A stretch of 64,000 nt of DNA from the human T2T-CHM13v2.0 reference genome, Homo sapiens. The notes under the pieces are model-generated. The model was not told the DNA's origin and ran no database searches. It saw only the letters and a list, made by a program, of their open reading frames with translations. Made by a program: the position numbers and the translations under genes. Position 1 is the first letter of the stretch; each line of letters starts with the position of its first letter. Below, in pieces: positions 16,850 through 33,319 of this stretch. The DNA lies in assembly GCF_009914755.1 (NCBI RefSeq), contig NC_060931.1; one strand, written 5' to 3'.

Positions 16850-18416
16850 TAGATGGTTGAAGCAAACTTTATGCTGTAAAGGTCCAGACCCAGATAAAAA
16901 CGAGAGACAGGAAAGATGCAGCAAGATGGTCTGCAGGCCTGCCCATGCATACACTACTCCATGATCTGGTGTCTGCAAGAAAACAAAGCAACTGCTCATT
17001 AAGTAACAGGGCAGCTAATGCTTTAGCTCTTGAGGCCCTGTGTCATATAACTTCTAATTCCTCTAATTCATCCACCAAGGGGGCAGTGAGGCAGTTCTCT
17101 GTTTGAATGCTACATCGTTTCTGACTTAGTGCTTTGAAGTGGATGACATCTTACTTTTTTTTCTTATCTTAGAGATAAGGTGAACAGAGGAAAAGGAGAA
17201 TGATTTGCCCAACCTTTGGCTAAAGGAGAAAGGAAAGATTTAGAGTCCAGTGCTTCTGACTTCCCTCTGATGCGGTAACAAGGATAATATGAGTATCTAA
17301 TATGCTGGGGCACAGTAAGATGGCTCTGAAGGTATGCACAGTAGAGAAAGCCATGGTCCTTGCCCTCAGGGTCTGTGATCGGCCACTGAGGCACACATTT
17401 CCACTTCCTGTGTTCCATTAATTATGCTAATTTTCCAACAAGCCCCAGCCCCACCTCTGTCAATTATTTTTGTCTCAGCCTTCTAATTACAACATTATAT
17501 GACCATTCAGACTGGTACTAATTAAATCATTACTTAATTCACAAAGTGTGCGATAATGCTAATGCTTCTTGTCAGCTGAAATTACAACATGGCACCTACT
17601 TTCTTCATTCTTGGTAGATGGGGCCAGGGGGTTGCTCTTTTACCAAACATCTTTTGCTTACCCTCTGATAGCCACCTGACCATCAGCCAGAACCTACCTT
17701 CTTCCAGAACTGGGAAAACAGTGCAGTAGACCTAGCGATATGTACCTGTAATTCATCACTATCATATGAAATCATCATCCCAGTTTTGTTTGTGGAGTAA
17801 ATCTTGATACTCAAGAAAAAAAAATAGTAGTAAGATTTAGAGTACTATTTGCTACATTTTTTGTCATTTGTTCTGCGTATTATTTTTAACAGAGTAAACA
17901 GTAGCTTGTCTCTTTTTCTCATTTCTAAAACAGATTTGTTTTCCACTCAATTAGACTTGTGATCACGAGAACACAAAGTAGTATTTTTCTCCTTCTGGAG
18001 AGAGACATACCGTATGATGGGCAAATTGTCAGGAATAATTATACCAAATGATGGAATAAAATCCAATGGAAAACATCTCTCTCATTGCTAGTGATACATT
18101 TTTATTTAAGACACAATGAGCATCAAGCACATTTATGACAAGGTGAAATTGACAAGTGGCCCTCTGCCATGATTTTATTTTTAATTGCTAGTAAACTAAT
18201 TAGCCAGAACAACATGTTGTATAATCCACAAAACTGTCGCTCATGCGTTCTCCAATAAAAGCAAGATATATGATGTGGAAAAGTTCTCTAAGAGCTAGCC
18301 AAAAAAAAAATTATTTCAGAATTTTGAGTGTATAGACATCACAGTAAAAGATGTCTCCTCACCAGTGGAAGAACATTTGTATATAACATTTGTTTTGAGA
18401 TCTGAACAGAAATTAA

Positions 18417-18741
<325 letters not shown>

Positions 18742-18892
18742 GTTTTTTCCCTTTTTAAGATCAAAGTATGCATCAAAATAGCCAACCACTTTCTTACATG
18801 TAATTAAGTTTTATGTAGTTGAGTCACATTAAGTCTAAGACATACATTCTAGGACTAAGACTTTACAGTCATTCAGTAGTTACTTATTTGTG

Positions 18893-19214
18893 CAAGGCTT
18901 GGCAACCTTTTCCTTTAAAGGGACAGATAATACATATTTTTGTCTTTGTGGGCTGTTCAGTCTTTGCCACAACCACTCAGCTCTGATGTAGAGCAGCCGC
19001 AGTCATAGATAACGCAAAAATAAATGTGGCAGTGTTCCAATAAAACTTTATTTATGGACACAAAAATTTGATTTTATGTAATTTTTATTTGTCACAAAAG
19101 ATAATTCTTTGATTTTTTTCAATCATTTAAAAATATAAAAGCCATTCTTAGCTCATGGGTTATACAAAAGGCAGGGGTGTGGATTTGGCCTACAGGCTGT
19201 AGTTGCCAACCTTT
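18893..19214 (+). mobile_element. MER58-family (hAT-Charlie) MITE
   Basis: TIR-like ends caaggcttggcaacc / agttgccaacctt; internal tgttccaataaaactttatttatggacac. Confidence 0.75.
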
Positions 19215-19669
19215 CCTCTGTACCTGCTGCATGCCAGCGTCACTCCTCATTCTTTAGTATCAGACGTGTGTTAGGCAGGGTGCTAAGCATCGAGGGATAT
19301 TCAGAGATAGAGCAAAGTCCCTTCCCTGATGAAGCTTACAGTTAAGCTAGAAAGGAACCATAGATGGGACAGAGACACATAATATTAGATGTTAAATGGT
19401 GTCCCTCTGTGACAAAAGCCACCATTGCTTTACAAGTTTAAGAGAGAGGGAAGTCACTTCAGCTGATTTAGGTGATCTGCTAAGTAAGACATGACCTGGC
19501 TAGCTACGGATGCATGGAAATGATGGGATATCAGCTGGATCCTGAAGAAAAAGGCTGTGGACCTTTGAAAAGGTAACAGGGCATAATGCCTCCTTTTAGA
19601 GGAAGGGGGAACTGAGGATGGCGAAAATGTCAACCATGAGTCACTTATTCCTATCATTTTTCCCCCAAT

Positions 19670-20778
<1,109 letters not shown>

Positions 20779-21710
20779 AGAATCTATCATTTGGGTTTGG
20801 CTTTTTATCATCATATATTTTGTCTTTACTTGCTTAGTATCTAGCAAGAATATAAATGCAATTATTTTGCCAGAGAAAAGTATATGTTTGATTAAGGAAA
20901 ACATAAAATACAACTTTGTTTAAATATCTGTATGTATATTCTTAAATTATTGTAAAATTAAATTACCTATGGATTAAATTTTTCACATTAACATTACTTA
21001 GTCTATTATGCTCCAGCATTTTACATATTTATGTTATTTAATTAAAATCTTTGCAGTAGATATTTCCCATTTTGAAGAAGAGGAAACTAAGACAGCGAAT
21101 AAAATAATAAACAATATTATTTCTTACCTCTTACTGTTGCCACTTCAGTGTCAGGGAGGAAGAGGGATAGCAAATGTAGGAAGGGTGTTTGCAAGGTGAG
21201 TGAAGGTGAAGCTGCTTTGTTACAAGTTTTCTTATCAAGAAATGGATAGAACATAGGAGTAGAGAAGTTCAATAGGAACATGCAAAATTTGTCTATTGTA
21301 AAAGAAGGAAGAAAACTGGAGAATTTAAGGACTATTTTTTAACATCTATGATTAAAATATTATGAAACAATATCTTTTTAAAAAGTGATATTTTTCCTCT
21401 AGTATAACACAAGTTGTTAGAAACTAAGGAATCACCCTATCTTCTTTAGTAAAAGCCTACAACTGGTAGAGTTTTTTTTTTTTTAAGGATCTCAAGATAC
21501 TTCATGAACCTCAAAAGACTTTAAGTTCTCTGCAATGTTAGGAAATGACTTCATGAATATCACAGTTCAAGGTTCTGCTACTGCTTTTAGAAGCCCCCAA
21601 AGTGTGAAGACATCTAGTACAGTATACAGTAAGAGGAGAACTGGCTTTTATTGCTCACAATAGGAATGTTCCCATCTATCTGTTTGCAAACCAACTCATA
21701 AAATATTTGA

Positions 21711-22057
<347 letters not shown>

Positions 22058-22724
22058 GAAATTTGCATTTTCATTAATAGATCATCCTTATTTAACAATG
22101 AACTTCCTATGTGTTTGTGACACATGGAAAATAAGTAGGCAGCATTTAATGTCATTTGGGAAGCAGTGCTTATAGTAGTTCGGTTTACATTCCTCATACA
22201 GCCATGTGCCGTATAGTGATGTTTCCATCAATGACTGCATATGCAACAGAGTCCCACGAGATTATAATGGAGCTGAAAAATTCCTATTGCCTCATGACAT
22301 CATAGCCTGGTAAGGTTATAGTGCAACAAATTACTCTCACTTCTGTGCTGATGCTGGTGTAAACAAACCTACTGCGCTGCCAGTTGTATAAAAGTACAGC
22401 ATATACAGTTATATACGGTATATAATACTTGATAGTAAAAGACTATGTTACTGGTTTATGTATTTACTATACTGTAATTTTACACTTATTTTAGTGTAGT
22501 CCTTCTACTAGTTAAAAAGAAAAAAGTTAACTTTAGAACATCTCAGGCAGGTTCTTCAGGAAGTATTTCAGAAGAGGCATTGTTATCATAGGGGATGGTA
22601 GCTCCATGCATGTTATTGCCCCTGAAGACCTTGCAGTGTGACAAGATGTGCAGCTGGAAGACAGTGTTATTGATGATCCTGTTCCTGTGTAGTCCTCGGC
22701 TAGTGTGCATGTTTGTATCTTTGT

Positions 22725-22865
22725 TTTTTTTTTTTTTTGGTTGGTTGGTTTCTTAGAAGGGGTCTTGCTATTTTGCCCAGGCTAGTCTTGAACTCCTGGG
22801 CTCAGTGGTCCTCTTACCTCAGCCTCCCAAGTATCTGGGATTACCCACATGCACCACTGCACCTG
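22725..22865 (-). mobile_element. FLAM / Alu monomer
   Basis: Single reverse arm gggtcttgctattttgcccaggctagtcttgaactcctgggctc. Confidence 0.8.
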
Positions 22866-22903
22866 TCTGTGTCATAGTTTTTAACAAAAACATTTATAAA
22901 GTA

Positions 22904-23176
22904 GGCCATGTGCAGTGGCTCACGCCTGTAATCCCAACATTTTAAGAGGCTGAGGCAGGTGGATCACTTGAGCCCAGGAGTTCAAGATCAGCCTGTGCAA
23001 TGTGGTGAAATCTTGTCTCTACAAAAAATACAAAAATTAAGTGGGCATGATGGTGTGTGCCTGTAGACTCAGCTACTCTGGAAGCTGAGGTGTGAGGATC
23101 ACTTGAGCTCAGGAAGTAGAGGCTGCAGTGAACTGAGATAGTGCCACTGCTATCCAGAGTGAAGCCCTGTCTCAAA
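22904..23176 (+). mobile_element. AluJ
   Basis: ggccatgtgcagtggctcacgcctg...gagcccaggagttcaag. Confidence 0.88.
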
Positions 23177-23180
23177 GTAT

Positions 23181-23297
23181 AATACAATACAATACAGTAC
23201 AGTACAATACAATACAATACAATACAATACAATACAATACAATACAATACAATACAATACAATACAATACAATACAATATAATACCATACAATACAA
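23181..23297 (+). repeat. (AATAC)n pentanucleotide microsatellite in an Alu tail
   Basis: About 20 units with AGTAC/AATAT interruptions. Confidence 0.95.
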
Positions 23298-25067
23298 TTT
23301 AATAAAAGAAAGGTTATAGAATATGGATATAAAGGAAGAAAGTATTTTTATACAGCTGTACATTTTTAAGCTAAATGTTATTAAAAAGGATTCAAAATTT
23401 GAACAATATATAAAGTAAAAAACATTACAGTAGGCTAAGGTTAATTTGTTATTGAAGAAAGAAATTTTTAAATAATTTTAGTGTAACCAACATGTACAAT
23501 GTTTATAACATCTACAGTAGTATACAATAATGTCCTAGGCCTTCACATTCATGCACTGCTCACTCACTCACTCACCTAGAGCTACTTCCAGTCCTGTAAG
23601 CTCCATTCATGGTAAGTGCCCTATACAGGTGTACCATTTTTTAATCTTTTATACTATATTTTTATTACGTCTTTTCTGAGTTTAGATATGTTTAGATACA
23701 CAAATACTTGCCATCAGGTTACAGTTGCCTACAGTATTCAGTACAGTCACATGCAAGTTTATAGCCTAGGAGCAATAGGTTATGCTATGTTGCCTAGGTG
23801 TATAGTAGGCTATACCATTTAGGTTTGTCGAAGTGTATTCTATGAGTTCATACAATGACAGAATCATCTAATGACACATTTCTCAGAACATATTCCCATC
23901 GTTAAGCAACACATGACTGTGCTTAGTCTTCTACACAGGCTTAGTCTTCCTTGTTAATTGAAACTCTATGTTTCTTCTCAGTTTAAGAAGCTTATTTCAG
24001 GACTAATTTTCCCCCTTTTAGAATAAGTTTCCCACATCACTTGGTTACATGACAAAACAAGTTAAATCACTGTCCCTTTTTGGGTTTAATATGTCCAGAT
24101 GCAAATTAAAGAAATAAAATCCCTTAGATTTTTCTGTATCTTGTCTCCCTTCCTCATTTTCTGCAGAACAGTTTTTAAAAGTTAATTTAGGAAATCTCCA
24201 AAATATTAGATTAGCATGACTTCAGAGCTATAAGGTTCCTGAAAAGTTTATGTAGAAATGTTGTTTTTAGTGCTTTAATTTCTCTTATAGCATCTTGATG
24301 GGTAGTCATTCTGCCTAAAGGAGAACTGAACTCATCCTGTGTCCCAGGAGCTTTGTCATATGAAAAGTTGTAATCCATTCTGGTGCTTCAGATGTTGAAG
24401 GCCCAGTGAAATTCTACAAGATGGCTGCCACTTGAGCTTTGGCCTTGCAAGTGGTTAGGAAGATGTTGGTCCTTTAATCTCTGTACAGGGGTTCAGAAGT
24501 AGTTGATAGTTTACTAATGAAAAATGTTATATGTAGCAAAACACAAGCAAAAAAATCAAAAACACTGATGACTTATATAAATTATTAACTTAAGGAAGAT
24601 TATGGTACTTGAAAAATTATTTTACAAAAAAAGATTGTATTAGGAATTTTTTCTGCTCTTTTTTCTCAAGTTAGTACCAATGTAACATGGCTGTGTTCAT
24701 GTAATTTCTTTTCTCAATTTGGTTCAAGATTTGTGTAGCTCCCAGTGGTAGATTTTGCGGTTGTATTGCATGATTAAAGTGTCCATCAAAATCTTACAGT
24801 TGGTAAACAGTATTAAAAATCCATCTCCAGCCTCTGTAAACTGTACAGAGAGCTATGAATACTAGAAGAAATGGAAGTATTTTAATTAACCCAAGTAGGA
24901 CTAATCAAAGCAGAGCAACCAGTTTATTCAATTGAACATGTAAATGTCTATTCATTCTTGACATGGCAGAACATTTATGTCATCTATTAAAAGCTATTCT
25001 GTTGCTTGTATGATTATAAGCTATTGTTCAACGGGGAACTGAATCTTGTAAAGGCTTCCCCACCCCA

Positions 25068-25380
25068 CTTTTTGTTTTTTTGAGAGGGAGTCTCACTCTG
25101 TCACCCAGTCTGGAGTACAGTAGAGCAATCTTGGCTCACTGCAAGCTCCACCTCCCAGGTTCATGCCATTCTCTTGCCTCAGCCTCAGCCTCCCAAGTAG
25201 CTGGGACTACAGGCGCCCACCACCATGCCCGGCTAATTTTTTTTTTTTTTTTTTGTATTTTCAGTAGAGATGGGGTTTCACTGTGTTACTCAGGATGGTC
25301 TCAATCTCCTGACCTTGTGATCCGCCCTCCTTGGCCTGCTGAAGTGCTGGGATTAGAGTCGTGAGCCACCATACCTGGCC
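25068..25380 (-). mobile_element. AluY/Sc-type
   Basis: Reverse dimer with gcaagctccacctcc and aggatggtctcaatctcctgacc. Confidence 0.9.
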
Positions 25381-26229
25381 CCCCCTTTTAATAATTACAT
25401 ATTACAGATTATTTTTTAACATGCTTTTTGCTGTATTCAGGCCACTTCAGATAACCCAGCTTCTTGCATGAAAGAATACAGACTTGGGTAACTTGGTTCA
25501 GCTACCCTGCCATCACCTCTTTCCTTCAAAGGGTTTTCTCTTCTTCATTTCTTCATAATAATTCTTAGTAAATATCTACTACATGCTGGGTACATGTATT
25601 CTAAGCATGTTATATGCAGTATATCATTTAATTTTTGCAACTATATTGTTATTTTTTCCATTGTATGATGAAGACATGGAGGAAGAGTGTTGCATAGTGC
25701 TGTAAGTGGTAGAAATAGGATATGAACACAAATCTCAGAAGATCCATTGTGTTGAAATGAATTTGAGTTGTACCAAAGGTGATTGACATTAGACACCAGG
25801 AAGAAATTTTTGAAATGAGTGGATGCTCTAAGGAGCCTTTTAAGTGAGTACAGCTAAAAGGGGTTGGGGTGAAGGTAGTTTCCTGGGATTTTTTATTACC
25901 ATTAAGACACGTAAAAACAGTTTGTATAAAATCCCATTTTTCATGAATTAGTTACATTCTTACCTTGAGCCAGGAAGTTAAACTAGATGGCTGTCTGAAG
26001 ACCCGGGTAATACATTTAATACAGTCTTATATGTGTATAAAAAGTGGAAACAATGATTCTTTTAACTTTTAAATATGAATTTTTATTGCAACAACAATTA
26101 GAAAATATAAATAATACTTACACCCCTGCCATTCTAATGTAACACTTAGTTTTGGGCCTACTTTTTTCTGGTCACTTTTCTCATGCATTTAAAAAAAAAA
26201 AAACAACCTTTTTAAAGGTTTTAAAAACG

Positions 26230-29200
26230 TTTCTTAAAATGTAGTGTATTATATTTATGCCCAAAAATCTATCCATGTTAAGCATATAATTCAATGAGTT
26301 TTAGTAAATTTGCAGAGATTTGTAACCATCACCACAATATGATACAGAACATTTGCATCATTCCAGAAAGGTTCATGAGCAGTCTCTCTTCTTCTCCATT
26401 CTTTGATTTCTTAAGGTGGAAGTGTCTGTTACTGGTTTACTGTTTCTTCCTTTCCAACATAGGTGTTTATGGAACTTCTTTAGCTGAAGTCATGAAAATT
26501 TGTATATTCTATTTTTATTTCTATTCCGTTCAAAATATCTTCTGATCGCTCATGTGATTCATTCTCTTAACTCATTGGCTATTTAGAAGTCTATTGACAT
26601 ATTTCAAAATATTTGTGAATTTCCCAGATTTTCTTGTTGTTTGTTTCTAATTTAATTAGCAATACAGAAAATATACTTTATGTGATATTAGTCATTTTAA
26701 ATTTATAGATAGTTATGGCCTAGCATATGATCTATTTTGATGATGTACCATGTGTGCTTAAAAGGAGTATGTACTATACTCATTTGGGGTGGAGTGTTCT
26801 TAGGTCAGTTTGTTTGATAGTGTTGGTCAAGTCTACTATATTCTTGTTGGTTTTCTATCTAGGTGTCCTGTTTATTATTTAGAGTGGTATATCACAGTCT
26901 CCAGTTATTTTTGCATTGTTTGTGTCTCCCTTTAGTTCCGTTAGATTTTGCTCCATCTGTTTCGGGGTTTGTAGTTAGGTATATCCATGTATATCATTGT
27001 ATCTTCTTGGTGGGTAGACCCTTTTATCATTATAAAATCTCTTTGTCTCTAGTAACAGTTTTGCTTTAAAGTCTGTTTTGTCGGACAGTATTCTCTCTCC
27101 CCTTTATTATTAAACTACATTTAATTTGTATTAAACTACATTTATTGTTCACATACTGTTTTTCAATCTTTTTTAAACTTATTTTTGCATTTGTATGTAA
27201 AATGTATCGCTTTTAGAAAGCATATCATTGGGTCTCTTTTGAAAAAAATCCAGTCTAACAATCTCTTTTTTTTGAATTTTAAATTTATTTATAGTTAATA
27301 TTATTATTGATTTGATTGGATTTATGTCTCCATTTTGATTTTCATCTTTTTTTGTTCAGTTGATTTTCCTTTACTGCTTCTTTTGTAACTAAATAGGTGT
27401 GTTTTAGTGTATCATTTTTATTACTTAGTTCATTTTTGCTCTATGAAAATATTTTTTTCTGAATGGGTTAGGGTTTATACATGCATTCTACCTTAACACA
27501 GTCTATTTTAGTTTAATACTGACTTTGTATTAAACTTTGTCAGTTTAATAATGACTTTGTATTAAAGTCTGTGCAGTAGTATGCACAAACTTTGCTTCAC
27601 TATAGATCCATGTCACCATCTTTTATAGCTATTATTATCACATACATCTATATATCTTATATACCCAACAATGCAGTATTGTAATTATTGCTTTGTATAA
27701 CCTATGCTTAAAGAAGTTAAGACAAAGACAAGAAAATAGAAAAATGTATGTATGATTTCTTTCAACATATAAAAACCTATATGCTTACTGTTTCCATTAC
27801 TCTTCATTTTTTAAATGTGGAATTGATTTATGGCTTGGTAGCATTTCTTTGGCACACATAACTATATTCTTTCTCTCTTTCTTTGTGCTACTATTATTAT
27901 ATATATTAATCTTTCTATATTATATGTCCTACAACACAATTTTACAAGTACTGATTTATGTAGCTCTTTTTTAAATCGTTAGAGACAAGAAAAGACAAAA
28001 ATTATATAGCCTCCTATAGTTACCTACATAGTTACCTTTAACAATGTTTATTTTTCTTCATGTGGATTTGAATTAAGGTCTGTTGTCATTTTGTTTAATC
28101 CTAATGAACTTTATGTTTTGTAAAGCAGGTGTGCTAACAGTGAATTCTTTCAGTCTTTAATAGGGGATTTCTTAATTTTGCCTTCATTTTGAGGAATATT
28201 TTTGCTAGATACAGAAATTTTGGTTGACATCTATTTGTTTCTTTGAGCACTTGAAGACATCCTCCCACTGTCTTCTGCCTTCCATTATTTCTGATTGGAA
28301 GTTGGCTGTTCATCTTATTTTGGGTGCCTTGTACATAGTGAGTCATTTTTACCCTTGATACTTTCTAGATCTCCTCTTTTTCTTTGCCTTTCAACAGTTA
28401 TATATGAAATGTGTAGATGTGGATCTCTTTGTGTTTATCCTACTTAGAATTATTTGATAATTTTGGAAGTTTAGATTAATGTTTTTCATTAAATTGGGGG
28501 AGGTTTTTACCATTATTTCTTCAAATACTTTTTCAGAACCTTTTTCTCCTCTTCTTGGAATCTCCATTATGTGTGTGTTTGTTATATTTGAGGTGTGCTA
28601 CAGGTCTGTTATGTTCTGTTTATTTTCTTCATTTTTTCCCCCTGTTCTTCAGATTTACAACCTGGATCAATCTGTGTTGAAATGCACTGATTCTTTCTTC
28701 TGCCGTTCAAATCTCCTGGTGAGGTTCTCTAGTGAATTTTTTATTTGTTACTGTACTTTCAGATTTCAGAATGTCCAATTGGTTCTATTTAAGAATTTCT
28801 ACCCTTTTATTGCTATTCTCTATTTGATGAATTATGACATCATGCTTCCCATTAAATCTCCAAACTTTTTCGGAAGGGGATCTTTGAATGTGTTTATAAC
28901 AGCTGATTTGAAGTCTTTTTCTGTTGAGTCCATCATGTAGGCTCCCTCAGAGATAGTATCTATTGACTTTTTTTTCCTTTTGGAATGGTAAAATTTTAAT
29001 TTTTTGCATGCCTAATATTTTTGCTGAAAACTGAACATTTTAGATAATATATTGTAGCAACTGTATAATCTGATTTCCCCATCTCTTCCCTCACACATAC
29101 CTAGAGTTAATGGTTGTTTCTTTTTTGTTTTTTGTTTTTGCTTGTTTTGGGTTTATTACTTTAGTTTCTTACTGGAATGGTTCTGTGCAGCATGTTTCCC

Positions 29201-30070
29201 TCATAATGTGTGGCTGCTGTTGTCTCTACTCCATTGAGTTTGCCACCACCCTTACCACTTATATAAGCCTAGCTTTCTAGGGACCACCCCTGAAATCAAA
29301 ATAGTTGAGTGCTCAGTTAAAGATTGGCTAGAGATTGTATCTAAACACTTAGAACCCCTAAATCACTGCCTTCTGCTTTTATGATGGATCCATAAATGAT
29401 TTGGGGAATGAATCAGCAGTCAGCCTATTTACCAGTCTGGCCCAAATCTTAATTTTTGTGTTGTAAGGCCTCATGCTCAGCAGAAATAAGTAGCTTACTA
29501 AGGCTTTCTGCAGGCTCTCTGAGCAAGTGTGCAGCTTTGTGCATATGCACAGCTTTCCAGGCCATCAGAGATAAGTAGGATCGCATCAATGCCCTCTTTC
29601 AGTTCCTGGATCTGCCTATTAATTTTCTGACTGGCCTACTGGTTTGTTGCTTGCTTCAGTCAGTTATGAGATTTCAGGGTAGCTGCAGTGTTGTCCTTTC
29701 CTGATTGTTTGCATTAAGATCACTATTGTTTTTGACAATACCCTTTGTCATAGAATTTTCCACATAAAATCAGTCATTTCTAGGATCAGAGCCTTCATCT
29801 TCACAGCACACCCACCCCGACAGCACTTCTGCATCAGGAAGCAGGGGTGGAACTAGGGAGTGGGAGTAGCACCGCACTAAAGTGCTATAGACTCTCACTG
29901 TTGTCAATGAGGTTCGGTGAGTTTTCTTGAAGAAACACTTCTCAGTTTATTGCATGCCTTTGGTCAATTTCCAGTGTCCTTTAGAGATTGTTTTTGACAA
30001 TTTTGTTCTGTTTCATTGTTTATTTTTGTGGCAAGGATTTGCCAACCTCCTCACTCAGCCATTTTGGAAG
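26230..30070 (-). mobile_element. Old L1M element (5' UTR/ORF1/ORF2 remnants), fragmented
   Basis: T-rich antisense L1. ORF1-like remnant near 28.1-28.7 kb (LQVLKE..CQPKFLYLAK.F..K). 5' end motif cagccattttggaag near 30060. Confidence 0.7.
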
Positions 30071-30271
30071 GTCTGCTGTCTTGGGTATGTTGTTGTTGTT
30101 TAGAAACATACATGCTACAAAGTACACTCTTGAGTATACAGCTAAAGATTTCTTACATGTGAAAACACACTCGTAATCACCACCCAGATTAAGATACAGG
30201 ACATGTCCAGCACCCGTTAATCTTTCCTTCCTAGCCTTCTAGTTTCATCCCAGAGTTAACCACTGTCCTGA

Positions 30272-30944
<673 letters not shown>

Positions 30945-31277
30945 TATAATCTGTGTGTGGTTTTTAAACTTCATTTGAATGAATATTTAAAATATGTCCT
31001 CTTTTTCCTCTAGCTTCTTTTACTCAACATAGTAACTTTTGAAATTTATCCATGTTTTAGGTGTAGCAGGGATTTTTAATTTTTTAATTGTTGTATAATA
31101 CTTTATTAATAGATATGCCACAGTTTCCTTATTGTGGGACATTTGGGTTATTTCCAGTTTGTGGCTATTATTAATGAAGCTGCTATGAACATCCTCCTCT
31201 TTGTCTTTCTATGAGCATACATACGTACAGTTTTAACGTGGTCAGCAACATAATGCATGTGTAATTTAGGCTCTTGC

Positions 31278-31553
31278 TCTTTTTTTTTTTTGAGAGACAG
31301 AGTCCCACTCTGTCACGCAGGCTGGAGTGCAGTGGCACGATCTTGGTGCACTGCAACTTCCCCCTTCCAGGTTCAAATGATTCTCGAACCTCAGACTCCC
31401 CAGTAGCTGGGACTACAGGCGCATACCACCATGCCCAGCTAATTTTTGTATCCTTAGTAGAGGTGGTCTTGAACTCCTGACCTCAGGTGATCCGCTTGCC
31501 TCGGCCTCTCAAAGTGTTGAGGATTACAGGTGTGAGCCACTGCGCCCAGCCTG
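31278..31553 (-). mobile_element. AluS with a small internal deletion
   Basis: tagtagag joins directly to gtggtcttgaactcc. Confidence 0.88.
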
Positions 31554-33319
31554 GGGTCTTGCTTTTTTAAACTTAGCATTATATCAAGTGTTTTTCCTTA
31601 TCTCTGTCATTGTCATGACAAGAGTCATTATTTTTTCAGGTAGGTATACCGAAAGCTATTTCCATTTCTATTTTTAGAAAAAGTCAAAGGCCTGTATTTA
31701 ATAATTACTCTTGACAACACAGGTAGCAGTTGATGCTCAATTCAATAAATATTTGTTTTCAACTTTTAAAGAAAAACTCCAGAATCGTATGCTTTTTAAA
31801 AATAGTATTTGATTGAAGATTAAACAAAACTTACTGCTTTTTCTGCCCCTTGAAATGTTCCATAACTCTATGCAATTCACATATTAGTAGTATCACTTTT
31901 TAAATGTACAAAAGCAGACATTACTGAGAGCCTTGGCCTCAAAACATTCATTTGATTGCCTTTCTTTAAAAACATATTTCATACTGGGTTATGGAAAACT
32001 CAGCATTTGGTTTTGGATATAAATAAAGCCATATGACCTTTCATATTTAGGAGCTGAATCCCTCTTGTAGAAACTTGTGATGTTGCTTTGCCCACTTTCC
32101 TACCCTCCCTACCACGTCATCCAACACATGTGCACTTATGCTCATTCACATACACCTCGCAGGCTCTCTGTGTCCTGGGACCTACACTTCACATAGTACT
32201 TGGAAATATTTTCTCTTGAGGAAATGGATATTAGAGTTGCAATGGTATAGGAACTGTATACGTTTTTCCTATCTATACTGTGGTTTTTCTTTTCAAACAT
32301 TGTCGAGATTTCTGATGGATAACAGTAGTTGTGAAAGACACAAGGAGAATGGGAGGGAAAGGAATTGCTTAATGGACCTCACATAATTGTGACTATGACT
32401 CCAGGTCTGCTGCGTTTAGAAATGGAATTGCGGGCAGATACATTTGTCAAATTTAACTTAATCCCTTGGCTTTTATCTGATGTATATTTTTCCATTAACA
32501 CAGTATACCTTTCATCTCTACTTTCACACAGTCAAACAGCGTCTAATTTTTGGTGGACTTTCTTTTCTTCTTTTTTGATGCTAACATTATCCCCGTAGGG
32601 TCCTAATCAGGTTTTAGACTATGGAGAGAAGACCATAAGAATCACCAAAGCGGAATTTCCCATTGCTGGTAAAGAGATGCCCAAGATGCAGAAGGCTTGA
32701 AATAAATCGGGCATGAAATAAGTGGCGTTACAGCCCTATACTGGCTTTACCGCAAGGGTTAAATTTGCTCAGTGTCTGCAATTTCACCTTTCCTGATTGT
32801 CATACAGAGTGAGATCATTGTCCAAAGGTTGATCATGTGGAGGATGTATGTGCTTTTGAAGTGATCAAACTAAAAGAGAAAACAAAGCTCATGGCTGAAG
32901 TCATCACACCTGAATACCATCTTGTGATGTCATGGTTTTATTGGTATGAATTCTAACCAAGCTGTGGGCATTTAAGTCATATTTGTGGATCAGAAGCCAT
33001 AGATATTTGCGCTTCTCATAGGCTGTGCTTTTCTGATACTTTGATCATTATTATATGGTAACTAACATATATTAATATATTAATGTATTATATCATATTT
33101 ATTTAGACCCCAGTATGGATACTAAATGGGATAAAGCATATGCCAAGATTTTTTAGGTCTTGGGATTATTTAATTTTTTTAGAACTGGCGTTCATTGATT
33201 GTCATTCACGTTTCTCTTCACTTCCTTATGAAAAGTTTCTCAACTCTTCTCTCAGTATTTTCTTTTCCCCTGTGAGATATGTTTCCTTTTACACTTTTTC
33301 ATTCCTCTACCAAATAGTA

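Larger units (their letters stand above)
22199..23919 (+). mobile_element. Tigger3b (MER7B-type) DNA transposon containing a FLAM, an AluJ and a pentanucleotide repeat
   Basis: TIRs cagccatgtg / cacatgactg; 3' portion homologous to the Tigger3a at 4275-4625. Confidence 0.8.

Noticed and set aside
22942-23363. ORFs with repeating YCIVL peptide
   Set aside because: Translation of the (AATAC)n microsatellite.
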